This document shows, piece after piece, positions 48,901-59,941 of a stretch of 64,000 nt of DNA. A model generated the notes under the pieces. That model searched no databases. It worked only from the letters and a program-made list of their open reading frames with translations, and was not told the DNA's origin. The position numbers and the translations under genes are program-made. Positions within the stretch are counted from its first letter, which is position 1. Each line of letters opens with the position of its first letter. The DNA is from Asterias rubens (Eukaryota), in contig NC_047075.1 in the NCBI RefSeq assembly GCF_902459465.1, positions 9,796,001-9,860,000 on the forward strand, in the 5' to 3' direction.

Positions 48901-49987
48901 AACGGCTCTGAGTCACATAAGACAAGTGCGCCCCCATCGTCAAAATGTAGTTAGAACAGGTTGGGGCCCGGAAAACAATTATTTTCTGTGGCGCTGGCAC
49001 GGGACTGGGACTTGAGTCAAGTCTACTCTAAATCTGAAACGATTCACGGTATATTTGAACAGAATATCGTTCGAAAAAGTGTGGTTTTCTTTTTACTTCG
49101 TGAACTAATACAGTCCCGGCCGCCCTTTTGTATAACCAAATGGTGGAACTGCTTCTGTAGAGCAAAGCAAAATAATACAAACAAAAAGGAAGAACATAAT
49201 ACTGTACACTAAAGTCAAGCGAATTAAACTGATTGATTTACAATTGATATGGTTTATTAATAAGTCACTATCAGTATCTACACTATGTTTATACATGGCT
49301 TACATTATCAAAATACATTATAGGCATTTCAGTTTATTTAATTGTTTTGTTACAACAGGCTCTTCATACTATTAACAAGAACTGAGCTGCGCTTGCGAGA
49401 GGCAAATTTGGATTGGTCAAAAGGTTTATAAAATAAGCGTACAAGGTGCCTTCTTTTGATCATCGATTACAATATAATTTGCATAATTTGCATGAAATTT
49501 GTTAGTTCTGATCGGCAATGTTATATAAAAAATAGGTTTCATGCAAATTTTATCTTTTAACATAGACTTTACTGGAAAGTGCCATTAAAGAATATCCAAG
49601 TTTGGCCACAAAAACTGAGAGCCCACCTTTTTCAGTGAGTGTTTGTGTTAACATTGAATTACTTGGGTCATTAAACAAAGAGATCAGCAGTTCATCTGCA
49701 AGTCAGTAGCCCTACTGGTTTGTGGATGATCCAATTAAATCCACAGTCTGGAAAAGGAGTTACTTGAAGATAACAGGTGTGAGTTGACAGATACAAATGA
49801 TGTTTCATTATGGCCTCTTTCTTTACACATGCTATACAATAATGAATTAATGCCTGAGAAATTTGCTCTGGTAAAGGCAGTAAACACTATTTTTAAATAC
49901 TCAAAATAATTATTAGCATAAAACCTTAATTAGTAACGAGTAATGTGGAGCTGTTGATAGTAATAAAACAGTCTGAAGTGAAGCCAT

Positions 49988-50302
49988 GCGCACATCATTC
50001 CCTTATAAGGAGTTGTTTACCCGAGGGCCTTACCATTTCATAGCTGGAGGGGTGTTGTGTTGAAAGAAATCATTGAACAATTAAAATTGTTGCATTTATT
50101 TTACTTTTTGATCAAAAAGTGTTGATGTTTTTTGACCAAAAAGTATTTATGAATGGAAATCAAATTGGTCAAAAAGTAAAATAAATGCAAAAATTATAAT
50201 TGTTCAATGATTTATTTCAACACAACACCCCTCCAGCTATGAAATGGTAAAGCCCTCCACCGCCCTCTGGTACACAACTCCTTGTAAGGGAATGCTGTGC
50301 GC
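49988..50302. repeat. About 315-bp near-perfect palindrome (foldback element)
   Basis: gggccttaccatttcatagctggaggggtgttgtgttgaaagaaatcattgaacaatt... / ...aattgttcaatgatttatttcaacacaacaccctccagctatgaaatggtaaagccc. Confidence 0.85.
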
Positions 50303-50878
50303 GTCGCGCGCATCGCGTGATCTGGCACAACTGTTCCAGCTGTTTCTCTCGACCAATAGGAATGAAGAAACTGTCTTCTAAGAACAGGTGCAAGCTTGCG
50401 TGTCACGCCCATGTTTCAACACTTTTTACTGGTCATAAACAAAGGTTTATACACACCCACGTGACGCACTCTCCACCAATAGGAATAGAGAAACTGTCTG
50501 AGGTATTTATGAATACATTTTAAAACTAACATCTGAAGCCTTGATCGTTTCTCCAGGCATGCAACTCTTCAGAAGAAAAAGAAAACGCAGAAAATTAAAA
50601 CAAACTTATATTTTCCGTGAACCAGACTGAAACTAGCCGCATATTGCGCTTGGATTTCTGTTTTAAGAACCGTTAATCCGTGGAAGAGTTGCATGCTTGT
50701 TTCTGATAACAAAGGCCCATTTCCAAACTACGACTTCGGCTTTGGATTCGTATTGAGGCTCTGTTCTCTCGTCTGAAGCCCTAGGTGCGCGCATACGTAA
50801 AGCAAGAGCAAATTGTCAAATCAACCAGCAGGGCCAGAAGCCCATGCCGTCGTTTCGAAAAGGGCAATAGACTTGATC

Positions 50879-52417
50879 TTAATAGGATTGTTCTGATCCT
50901 TTATTTGACGCAACTTCACTCTCCTCTTCATCTTCCTCGTCTTCTTCTTCTGTCGTGTCGCCCGTCGTCTCACCGAACAGTTCCTCTCCTCCAGCTCCAG
51001 AGATCAAATCAACCGCTTTGATATCACGCCCTCGGAGTTTCAGCGTGATGAGATCTGCGCTTTCTCTCAACCCCAACACAATGAGTTTCCCGCTCATCAC
51101 CACTTCCACACATGTGATGCGTATATCGGGAGTGAAGAGAGCTACCATTGTTCCACGATCGAGGTCCCAGAGTGAGATGTCAGTGGCAAAGACGATCGCC
51201 CTGGCTCCATCGTCGATCATGAATATCTTGCTCTCCATCGTGAGCTTCATGCCCTTGTAGCCTCGTAGCTTACGGAGAGTAGATTTCCGTCGGACGTCCC
51301 AAATTTTGAGGATGTTGCTCTCCTTACCGAAGAAGACACGTGTTGCGTCGCTGTTGATCCCGACGCAGCAAACATTCGGCTCGTTCTTGATGCGCTTCCT
51401 GACCTGCCCGCTTTGTAAGTCCCAGAGTGTGACGTAACTACACTTTGCACAGTCGTCGTAGTTAGCATGGGCCAGGAAACTTCCGGTGTGCGTCAGCGCA
51501 GAGTTGAAGAGATAAAGCATGGAGCTCTCATTCTCCAGCGTCTGTAAGTGAGACTGGGTCTCAACATCGAAGACGCACATGTGATGAGCGAAGTAACAGC
51601 AGACGATGACCTTCTCATCTTTGCTCATGACATATTGCTCGATGGCGTTCTCTTTCTCCTTCCTCAAATCATCCAACCTCTTCTTCTCTTCGCTGAATTC
51701 GCTGTCCCGCCGTCGCTGCCTGGCAGTGTGAGATTCCGACCTCCGATCCCATGGAGTCATCTTGGCACTTGTCCCTCTCTTAGTTCTCTGCCTCAAGGCT
51801 TCCTCTTCATCTCGCCTCATCCCTCGCCATCTCTCCAACTCCTTGAACTTACTCTTAATCCTAAACTTAATATGCCCTGTCACTAAACTCCAACAGATCA
51901 GATGGTCCCGGCTCTCTGATAACCCGAGCAAGAGCTCCCCATCCAGGAGACGGTACTCGTGCGCCGGGGACGGAACGATAAAGACACCCGTAAGCTTACG
52001 GTAATACTTCTTAAGCTTCAAATTATACATGAAGACCGTCTGGAAGACTGGCGTCGGCTTCTCGCTGACGGACGACATACCGCGGTCGGACAAGATCACA
52101 GCTTTGTGATTACGGATCAGAAACACGTCATGCTGGTCGACCAAACCTCGCTCTATGCGGACAGCATTCCCAGAGCATTTCCCTTTCAGGACGTTCCAAA
52201 CACTCAGAGGGCCATTGTCGATGGACTTCGCGACGACGTACCTAGGGTTGTTTATCATTGGGACGAGGCTGGACACTCCTTCTCGTTTCTTACTTTTGGA
52301 GTCGGTACCCTCACGGTCGTTGACGTTCTTACTGATGTTCCAGATGCGTAACGCTTTGTCCTGTCTGGAGGCACTCAGGCAGAAGCTCAGATCAACGCAA
52401 GCTCCCATGGTAGACAT
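50879..52417 (-). CDS. NACHT-WD40 (NWD1/NWD2-like) protein, terminal exon: WD40 repeats and acidic tail
   Basis: Acceptor tcctag|ATG, phase 0; 512-aa ORF with WD motifs (LRIWN, LSVWN, LICWS, VTLWD, LKIWD, ISLWD); stop TAA at 50879-50881. Confidence 0.9.
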   Translation of the reverse strand: MSTMGACVDLSFCLSASRQDKALRIWNISKNVNDREGTDSKSKKREGVSSLVPMINNPRYVVAKSIDNGPLSVWNVLKGKCSGNAVRIERGLVDQHDVFLIRNHKAVILSDRGMSSVSEKPTPVFQTVFMYNLKLKKYYRKLTGVFIVPSPAHEYRLLDGELLLGLSESRDHLICWSLVTGHIKFRIKSKFKELERWRGMRRDEEEALRQRTKRGTSAKMTPWDRRSESHTARQRRRDSEFSEEKKRLDDLRKEKENAIEQYVMSKDEKVIVCCYFAHHMCVFDVETQSHLQTLENESSMLYLFNSALTHTGSFLAHANYDDCAKCSYVTLWDLQSGQVRKRIKNEPNVCCVGINSDATRVFFGKESNILKIWDVRRKSTLRKLRGYKGMKLTMESKIFMIDDGARAIVFATDISLWDLDRGTMVALFTPDIRITCVEVVMSGKLIVLGLRESADLITLKLRGRDIKAVDLISGAGGEELFGETTGDTTEEEDEEDEEESEVASNKGSEQSY

Positions 52418-52960
52418 CTAGGAAAATAATGGTAAAGAATTAGCTGAAGTTGCTGGCTAATCTTATCTTAAAAACACATGCAGTATATTAGAGATGTTAA
52501 ATTTGCATCGAGATAAAGAATTTTTTTTTTTTTTTTTAGTGTGTTTGGTTTTTACCCATACACGGATGTATGGGTAAAAAAACCAGAATAAACACAAAGC
52601 AGTTTATGACAATTAACTGTTAGCTTTTTCTTAAACAAGCCCAGAGGCCAGTAAATTGTTTAGTTTTACTATCCCGTATTTGAAACTTGTGTCATAAATA
52701 TATCTTTCTGATATAATAAAGGTAGTGATCACTGCTTTCCAAGCTTTTCCAGTTTTTAAAGAATGAAAAAGTTGTCCAAATCAAGGAACTTTTCTTGCAG
52801 ATATGACCAGGATATCAGTTAAAGACAGTATTAGCGCATAGTGGAGTTCTAAGTGGAACAACAGTGGAATTACGGCACTTTTACTAAACAGAGTAAGTTA
52901 TCTTTTGTTTGTGTTTAATTATAACGTGTATGATATGCAAGAGAATCTCTCTGATGGCAG

Positions 52961-54850
52961 GACAATAAACTGAATTGAATTGAGTAGACAGGTACCTGTG
53001 CATGTTTAGCCATATGTTTGTGATCTTCTGTCTCTAGATTCCAGACTGATATATGGCTGGTGTTGGATTGTGCCGATGGGCAGAGACTGAATAAACTGAA
53101 TTGAATTGAGTAGACTGGTACCTGTGCATGTTTAGCCATATGTTTGTGATCTTCTGTCTCTAGATTCCAGACTGATATATGGCTGGTGTTGGATTGTGCC
53201 GATGGGCAGAGACTGATTAAACTGAATTGAATTGAGTAGACTGGTACCTGTGCATGTTTAGCCATATGTTTGTGATCTTCTGTCTCTAGATTCCAGACTG
53301 ATATATGGCTGGTGTTGGATTGTGCCGATGGGCAGAGACTGAATAAACTGAATTGAATTGAGTAGACTGGTACCTGTGCATGTTTAGCCATATGTTTGTG
53401 ATCTTCTGTCTCTAGATTCCAGACTGATATATGGCTGGTGTTGGATTGTGCCGATGGGCAGAGACTGAATAAACTGAATTGAATTGAGTAGACTGGTACC
53501 TGTACATGTTTAGCCATATGTTTGTGATCTTCTGTCTCTAGATTCCAGACTGATATATGGCTGGTGTTGGATTGTGCCGATGGGCAGAGACTGAATAAAC
53601 TGAATTGAATTGAGTAGACTGGTACCTGTGCATGTTTAGCCATATGTTTGTGATCTTCTGTCTCTAGATTCCAGACTGATATATGGCTGGTGTTGGATTG
53701 TGCCGATGGGCAGAGACTGAATAAACTGAATTGAATTGAGTAGACTGGTACCTGTGCATGTTTAGCCATATGTTTGTGATCTTCTGTCTCTAGATTCCAG
53801 ACTGATATATGGCTGGTGTTGGATTGTGCCGATGGGCAGAGACTGAATAAACTGAATTGAATTGAGTAGACTGGTACCTGTGCATGTTTAGCCATATGTT
53901 TGTGATCTTCTGTCTCTAGATTCCAGACTGATATATGGCTTGTGTTGGATTGTGCCGATGGGCAGAGACTGAATAAACTGAATTGAATTGAGTAGACTGG
54001 TACCTGTGCATGTTTAGCCATATGTTTGTGATCTTCTGTCTCTAGATTCCAGACTGATATATGGCTGGTGTTGGAATGTGCCGATGGGCAGAGACTGAAT
54101 AAACTGAATTGAATTGAGTAGACTGGTACCTGTGCATGTTTAGCAATATGTTTGTGATCTTCTGTCTCTAGATTCCAGACTGATATATGGCTGGTGTTGG
54201 ATTGTGCCGATGGGCAGAGACTGAATAAACTGAATTGAATTGAGTAGACTGGTACCTGTGCATGTTTAGCCATATGTTTGTGATCTTCTGTCTCTAGATT
54301 CCAGACTGATACATGGCTGGTGTTGGATTGTGCCGATGGGCAGAGACTGAATAAACTGAATTGAATTGAGTAGACTGGTACCTGTGCATGTTTAGCCATA
54401 TGTTTGTGATCTTCTGTCTCTAGATTCCAGACTGATATATGGCTGGTGTTGGATTGTGCCGATGGGCAGAGACTGAATAAACTGAATTGAATTGAGTAGA
54501 CTGGTACCTGTGCATGTTTAGCCATATGTTTGTGATCTTCTGTCTCTAGATTCCAGACTGATATATGGCTGGTGTTGGATTGTGCCGATGGGCAGAGACT
54601 GAATAAACTGAATTGAATTGAGTAGACTGGTACCTGTGCATGTTTAGCCATATGTTTGTGATCTTCTGTCTCTAGATTCCAGACTGATATATGGCTGGTG
54701 TTGGATTGTGCCGATGGGCAGAGACTGAATAAACTGAATTGAATTGAGTAGACTGGTACCTGTGCATGTTTAGCCATATGTTTGTGATCTTCTGTCTCTA
54801 GATTCCAGACTGATATATGGCTGGTGTTGGATTGTGCCGATGGGCAGAGA
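52961..54850 (-). repeat. 15 x 126-bp tandem array spanning an exon/intron junction, open in frame (42 aa per unit)
   Basis: ccagactgatatatggctgg recurs every 126 bp (53041, 53167, ...); only about 7 substitutions in total; no stop codon in the minus-strand frame. Confidence 0.97.
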
Positions 54851-54911
54851 CACAAAGCATGGGATCCCATACGATTGACGTACAGCTCGTTCACAACGTC
54901 ATGAGTACAAC
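52996..54911 (-). CDS. NWD-like exon containing the 15x126-bp array; ends at 54760 if the first donor is used, at 52996 if the last
   Basis: Acceptor ttgattag, phase 1 (G|GT), reads CTHDVVNELYVNRMGSHALCLCPSAQSNTSHISVWNLETEDHKHMAKHAQ; CAG|GTACC phase-0 donors every 126 bp match the phase of the terminal exon. Confidence 0.75.
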
Positions 54912-55546
54912 CTAATCAAACAAAGAAAACAAACAAATCAATTATTATTAGATTCAAAGGGCTAATATCACTACCAGTTGTGTGTTCTACATGTATGTAA
55001 CGCGCCAAGTTTGCTAGAAGATAAATATGTTATCACACGCCCGCTCGTGGAATAACGGAAAATAAAGCGTGTCTGCATCCCATACACAACGAGGTCAGGT
55101 CACGTTGGATATGGGACGCAGAAGCGCTATATTTTTCCGTATTCCGCTCATGCTTGTATGATAACTTATAATAAGCAGCAAACGGAAATTTGGTTGGTAA
55201 TCCTGTTGTTTTCCAGGAAGAAATTTCATGCAACTATTTTGTCAACTCCAACAACCCTATTCCTTTCAGGGCCCAATTTCATAGAGCTGCTAGGCACGAA
55301 AATTTGCTTAGCATGAAATTTCTTTTCTTGACAAAAACAGGATTACCAACAAAATGTTTATTTGTTGCATATTGCTTGTTACTGGTAATCAGCTGTTGTT
55401 TGCTTATCCTGAAAATCACGTGGAAATTTGGTTGGTAATACTGTTTTTATCAAGAAAAGAAATTTCATGCTAAGCAGATGAAACAAATAAAATAAAAACA
55501 CTGAGCACATCACCGATGCAGTAATATGACTAAACGGGTGTCATAC

Positions 55547-55712
55547 CTTTGACAGCTCGTTCGTACTTTCCGGTCTTGACGTCGTAGAGTTCCAATTGGT
55601 GGATCTCAGAGAGCTTCATGTAGAGATAACGACACACCACGATGTAGTAATCTTTGGAGATCCCCAGAGCGGTCACAGAAGCAGCCTGACCCGGTGCTTT
55701 TAACTCATGCAG
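55547..55712 (-). CDS. NWD-like internal exon
   Basis: ttttatag|CTG LHELKAPGQAASVTALGISKDYYIVVCRYLYMKLSEIHQLELYDVKTGKYERAVK G|GTATGA; phases fit the neighbouring exons. Confidence 0.85.
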
Positions 55713-55826
55713 CTATAAAAACAAGAAACTATGTTGAAAGGAACAGTACAAAATTGGTTAGCAGAAAGTTGTCTGATAACACACTTACATAAAACTTACA
55801 CGGTCTACTGATGGTGATAGAAACAT

Positions 55827-56192
55827 GGGGTGTCGTGGCCAAGCGGATAACAACATCGAACTCAAGCTCTGCTGTTTCTGTTCAGCAGAGTGTGAGTTTG
55901 AATCCCGGTCGTGACACTTGTGTCCTTGAGCAAGACACTTAACTATAATTTCTTCTTTCCACCCAGGGGTAAATGGGTACCTGTGAGCATGGTGAGGGCA
56001 GAGATGGTTCTTGTGATTGGTTAAGCCGAGTAGCGCATTTTAATGTTGCACAGGCTGCGTACTCCCCACCAGGGAGCTGAGATGGTTTAAGGAGTGATTT
56101 AAGGCCCAGTGACCAGGGGTAATAATGTGAAGCGCTTTGAGACGCCCTTCGGGTGTGAAAAGCACTATATAAAAACGGGTTATTATTATTAC

Positions 56193-56224
<32 letters not shown>
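55827..56224 (+). mobile_element. Full-length tRNA-derived SINE with CORE-like body and (TTA)n tail
   Basis: gggtgtcgtggccaagcgg...gtttgaatcccggtcgtgacacttgtgtccttgagcaagacacttaac...ccacccaggggtaaatgggtacc...aagcgctttgagacg... followed by (tta)n. Confidence 0.85.
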
Positions 56225-56225
<1 letters not shown>

Positions 56226-56682
56226 CCCTTGAAATATTTCTCTTATCTGAAATGTCTTGATTATTCTGTGCGAATAAATAACACTAATATGTCTGTCATA
56301 CACACTGGGGAGAGACAATGAAGTGTTTTCTAAAGCAAAAGTAGGATTATATAACAGAAGTGATCTTAGCCACATTTCACAACCCCTAACCTGAAACAAT
56401 ATAATAATAATTTAAATGCACCAATTCCAGACTACGCAACAAAGAGGTAGCAATAAAAGTATACATTACAATGTTTAACATTTCTGAAAACGACCAAGAC
56501 AACTTGAAAAAGAGACAACAAGAAATTAAGAGCTCAAGTTGAGGCAAGGCAACGTGAATTTAAAACATTCACTTGAAGAGATATGTTGACATTATTTGGC
56601 ATTTAAAGAAAAATTAAATTTTTACATGAAAAACGAAATCTAAATGAAAATTTTCAACAACACTGTCTAGAAAATCTTGTTC

Positions 56683-57143
56683 TATCACCCCCATTCTGAA
56701 ACAACTACACTGGCTCCCTATCTCTCAACGAATCATCTTCAAGCTGATGCTCATTGTCCACAAAGCTCTAAATGGCAAGGCTCCCCACTATATTTCTGAA
56801 CTGCTTCAAGTTTACACTCCATCAAGAAATCTTCGACCAAGTTCCATGCTTCTCCTCATTGAACCCAAGTCTCGACACTCATGGGGTGACAGGTCTTTTT
56901 TTTCAGCCGCGCCACGCATCTGGAACTCTCTACCACTTAATCTTTGATCTTGTCTTTGTACCGCAAAGTTCAAGTCTCTTCTCAAATCTTATCTTATGTC
57001 ACAGGTTTTCAAGGATTAATTTTGTTGTGTCTGTTTTTCTTTGTGTTATGTTTTGTTTTTTTTGGTTTAACTGCGCCTTGAACACCCAGCAGGGTGGATA
57101 TGTGCGCATTACAAGTCTTATTATTATTATTATTACTATTATT
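56683..57143 (+). mobile_element. 5'-truncated L2-clade LINE (ORF2 C-terminus, 3' UTR and (TTA)n tail)
   Basis: ITPILKQLHWLPISQRIIFKLMLIVHKALNGKAPHYISELL...GDRSFFSAAPRIWNSLP is the L2 ORF2 terminal motif; tta tail at 57119-57143. Confidence 0.9.
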
Positions 57144-57153
57144 AACAACTTAC

Positions 57154-57525
57154 TCTCTGTCCTGTCTTAGCATTCACAACGTAAGCCTTGTTGTCGCTCC
57201 GGAAAGCATACAGCACTTTCTCCCCAGACGTTCCGATGGAGACGCACACCGACTGGTCCTTATGTATCCCCTCCCCAGCGATCTCCCTTCCCGCCACCAA
57301 GCAGCACTCCCCACCCCCAAGCTCCCACGTCCTCATGGCGTTGATCCCGCTGAAGAACGCGCAGAGGTACTGCTCGTCCTCTCCAGCGATGGTTATACTT
57401 GGGGGGTCGATGTATTCTTCCATGGTGCCGACGAGGATACATTTATCCAGATCCCAGACGTGGATTTTGTTGTATGTGACTGCAATAAGGATGTGGTTCC
57501 GTAGGGCAAAGCGGATGATGCTCAC
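57154..57525 (-). CDS. NWD-like internal exon (WD40)
   Basis: attttag|GTG VSIIRFALRNHILIAVTYNKIHVWDLDK...MRTWEL...KTGQR|GTAAGT; 372 nt, phase 0/0. Confidence 0.88.
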
Positions 57526-57796
57526 CTAAAATAATAATAATAGTAATAATCAGTCAATCGATCAATAAATAAATCAATAGTCAATTATAGAGCTTAAAAA
57601 TCAAAAGGTTTGCTCTAAGTCGCTGGGACACTGTTTGAATAATTTTGGGGAAAATTGCAAAACTAAACATGCGGTATTCGCTCCGGTACCTGTGTCTCTT
57701 CCTGCGGTACCGGTGTAGCGTTTGGTGAAACTTAGTATAAATAGATTCTTGTAAACTAGAATAATCGTCATACATGAGAGGTCATTCCAGGCTCAT

Positions 57797-58170
57797 TTAA
57801 GACACTGGACACTATTGGTAATTGTCAAAGACCAGTCTTCTTAATACTTGGTGTATCTCAACATATGCGTAAATTAACAATCGGTCAATCGGTCGTCGAA
57901 GTTGCGAAATATTAATGAAAGAAAAAATACCCTTGTCAGACGGTGTTGTGTGCTTTCAGATGCTTGATTTCGAGACCTCAAATTCTAAATCTGAGGTCTC
58001 GAAATCAAATTCATGGAAATTTACTTCTTTCTCAAAAACTACGTCACTTCAGAGGGAGCCGTTTCTCACAATGTTTTTTACTATCAACCTCTCCCCATTA
58101 CTCATTACCAAGTAAGCTTTTATGCTAATAATTATTTTGAGTAATTACCAATAGTGTCCACTGCCTTTAA
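57797..58170 (-). mobile_element. Kolobok/T2-like TTAA MITE (intronic)
   Basis: ttaagacactggacac ... gtgtccactgcctttaa. Confidence 0.88.
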
Positions 58171-58289
58171 GAAGATGCGACTACTCAAAAGGACTATGGT
58201 TTCAATGGCTTGAGGTTTTTAGGACAATACTTTATTATTACATTTGCTTTGTTTCTTTGTCCTGTCTTGTCATTGTCTCCATGAGCTAT

Positions 58290-58677
58290 TTAAAGGCAGT
58301 GGACACTATTGGTAATTACTCAAAATAACCAGTATCACAAAACCTTTCTTGATTATGAGTAATGGGGAGAGGTTGGATGGTATAAAACATTGTGAGAAAC
58401 AGCTCCCTTTGAAGTAACATAGATTTTGAGAAAGAAGTAATTTTGCACGAATTTGATTTCAAGACCTCAGATTTAGAACTTGACGTCTCGAAATCAAGCA
58501 TCTGAAAACTCACAACTTAGTTTGACAAGGGTGTTTCTTGCTTCCATTATTATTTTGCAACTTCGACGACCGATTGAGCTTAAATTTTCACAGGTTTGTT
58601 ATTTTATGCATATGATGAGATACCCCAAGTGTGAAGACTGGTCTTTGACAAATACCAAAGGTGTCCAGTGTATTTAA
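58290..58677 (+). mobile_element. Kolobok/T2-like TTAA MITE (intronic)
   Basis: ttaaaggcagtggacac ... gtgtccagtgtatttaa. Confidence 0.88.
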
Positions 58678-58877
58678 AAGGACAATACTTTATTATGACA
58701 TGTCCTGTCTCGTCCTTGTCTCTACGTTCTGTTTAAGTTCTGTTCAGAAGTCCACTATGTTGTTGTATAAGGCATCTCTTTACAAGACTTTGTCTTTTGA
58801 ATATGCCTCCATAATATTATTGCCTCTATTTCATGAATTTATTTGAATTATTTTGAGGGGGGGAGGGGTCACCAAGG

Positions 58878-59703
58878 TAAGCTTGGGCGGTTCCTTCGGT
58901 TACCCGGTTCTACCCGGTTCCAAATTGAAAACCGGACCGGCGGTTCCACTCTTCTGTGGAACCGGGTACCCGCTTTTGTCAGTTCCGATTTTTTAAGAGT
59001 CCCAACTATAAAAGGCTCTGTGGAGCCGATCCTGCGAAGAACCGGCTCTAGAAATTGAGGCTTGATGTTGAAAGCGGTGACCGCAGACACAGTGTGCAAA
59101 GGCTTCAAGCCGACATGAGTATCAACTATCACGTGTGGCTGCATACACAGTGCACAGCCCCCTCCAATGCATAGGCATCTATACATGTATATCTCATGCA
59201 TATACATGTACATGTACAGAGTCCAAAGTCCAAATAGACAGCACGTTGTGATTGACTGCCGATATATCCATATTCATAAAAGCTTGCCCCATGCACAAAA
59301 CACACAGTACTGTATGCATGTACAGGCATGTACAGGCATGTACACTTGTATGTACAGAGACGACTCACTGCTACACAACGGACGTACTGCCGGCTAAATC
59401 AAAGACTTTTTTAAATGCAGGGAGAATAGGTGCTCGGTGGCATGATGTCTGATTGACTTGGGGTGGGTTTTCTGGTATTTTCGTTAAAAATAGATCGGCT
59501 CCAATTGTGTGTGTGTGAGCTCGGGACCGATGTCTGATTAACTTGGTTATTTTCAGTTAAAATAGATCGGCTCAATTGTGTGTGTGTGAGCTCGGGACGG
59601 GCGGCTTATGTTTTATATTGAATTGGAACCGGGTATGTCTCAGAACCGAGCTTTTTTTCGGAACCGGAACCGAGCCCCAAATTTCTGGAACCGCCCAAGC
59701 TTA
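58878..59703. mobile_element. Non-autonomous hAT-type element (826 bp)
   Basis: TIR taagcttgggcggttcc / ggaaccgcccaagctta, perfect 8-bp TSD caccaagg (58870-58877 and 59704-59711), subterminal ggttc/gaacc repeats. Confidence 0.9.
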
Positions 59704-59941
59704 CACCAAGGTGGTGGGTACCAGATATCCGGTTAAAATCGAAGAAATCTTAACCCTTGTTTTAACACAAATTTTTACTCATTCAAATGTCACTTTGGTT
59801 TTCACTTTTCACTTATTGTATGTCATTTTCTTAATCTTTTGCAATTTTTACTGTCATGCGCCCTCAAACAGGCCAGTCCGCAATATAAGATCAATAAATT
59901 ACTATTATTATTATTTCATCTCCATCTGTACTCTGTCCTAC

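Noticed and set aside
50955-52421. Plus-strand ORFs overlapping the NWD terminal exon
   Set aside because: Antisense shadows of a GC-richer coding exon, with no recognisable motifs.
54725-54759. 35-nt GT...AG micro-introns in each array unit
   Set aside because: Probably too short for normal U2 splicing, with a weak pyrimidine tract; removal would leave 91-nt pieces that break the frame.
52961-54850. CRISPR array (also considered for 2474-2785)
   Set aside because: Units are head-to-tail near-identical with no unique spacers, there are no cas genes, and the context is eukaryotic.
52915-54894. 659-aa ORF as a stand-alone repeat-protein gene
   Set aside because: It starts at a GTG inside an exon with a clear upstream acceptor and is in frame with the flanking NWD exons; it is part of the spliced gene.
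56040-56399. ORFs with poly-Ile or poly-Tyr runs
   Set aside because: Translations of the (TTA)n SINE tail.
58869-59213. ORF with VSAVTAF as an extra WD40 exon
   Set aside because: It lies within the hAT element, and exons 59942-60537 and 57154-57525 already join in frame into a complete WD repeat.
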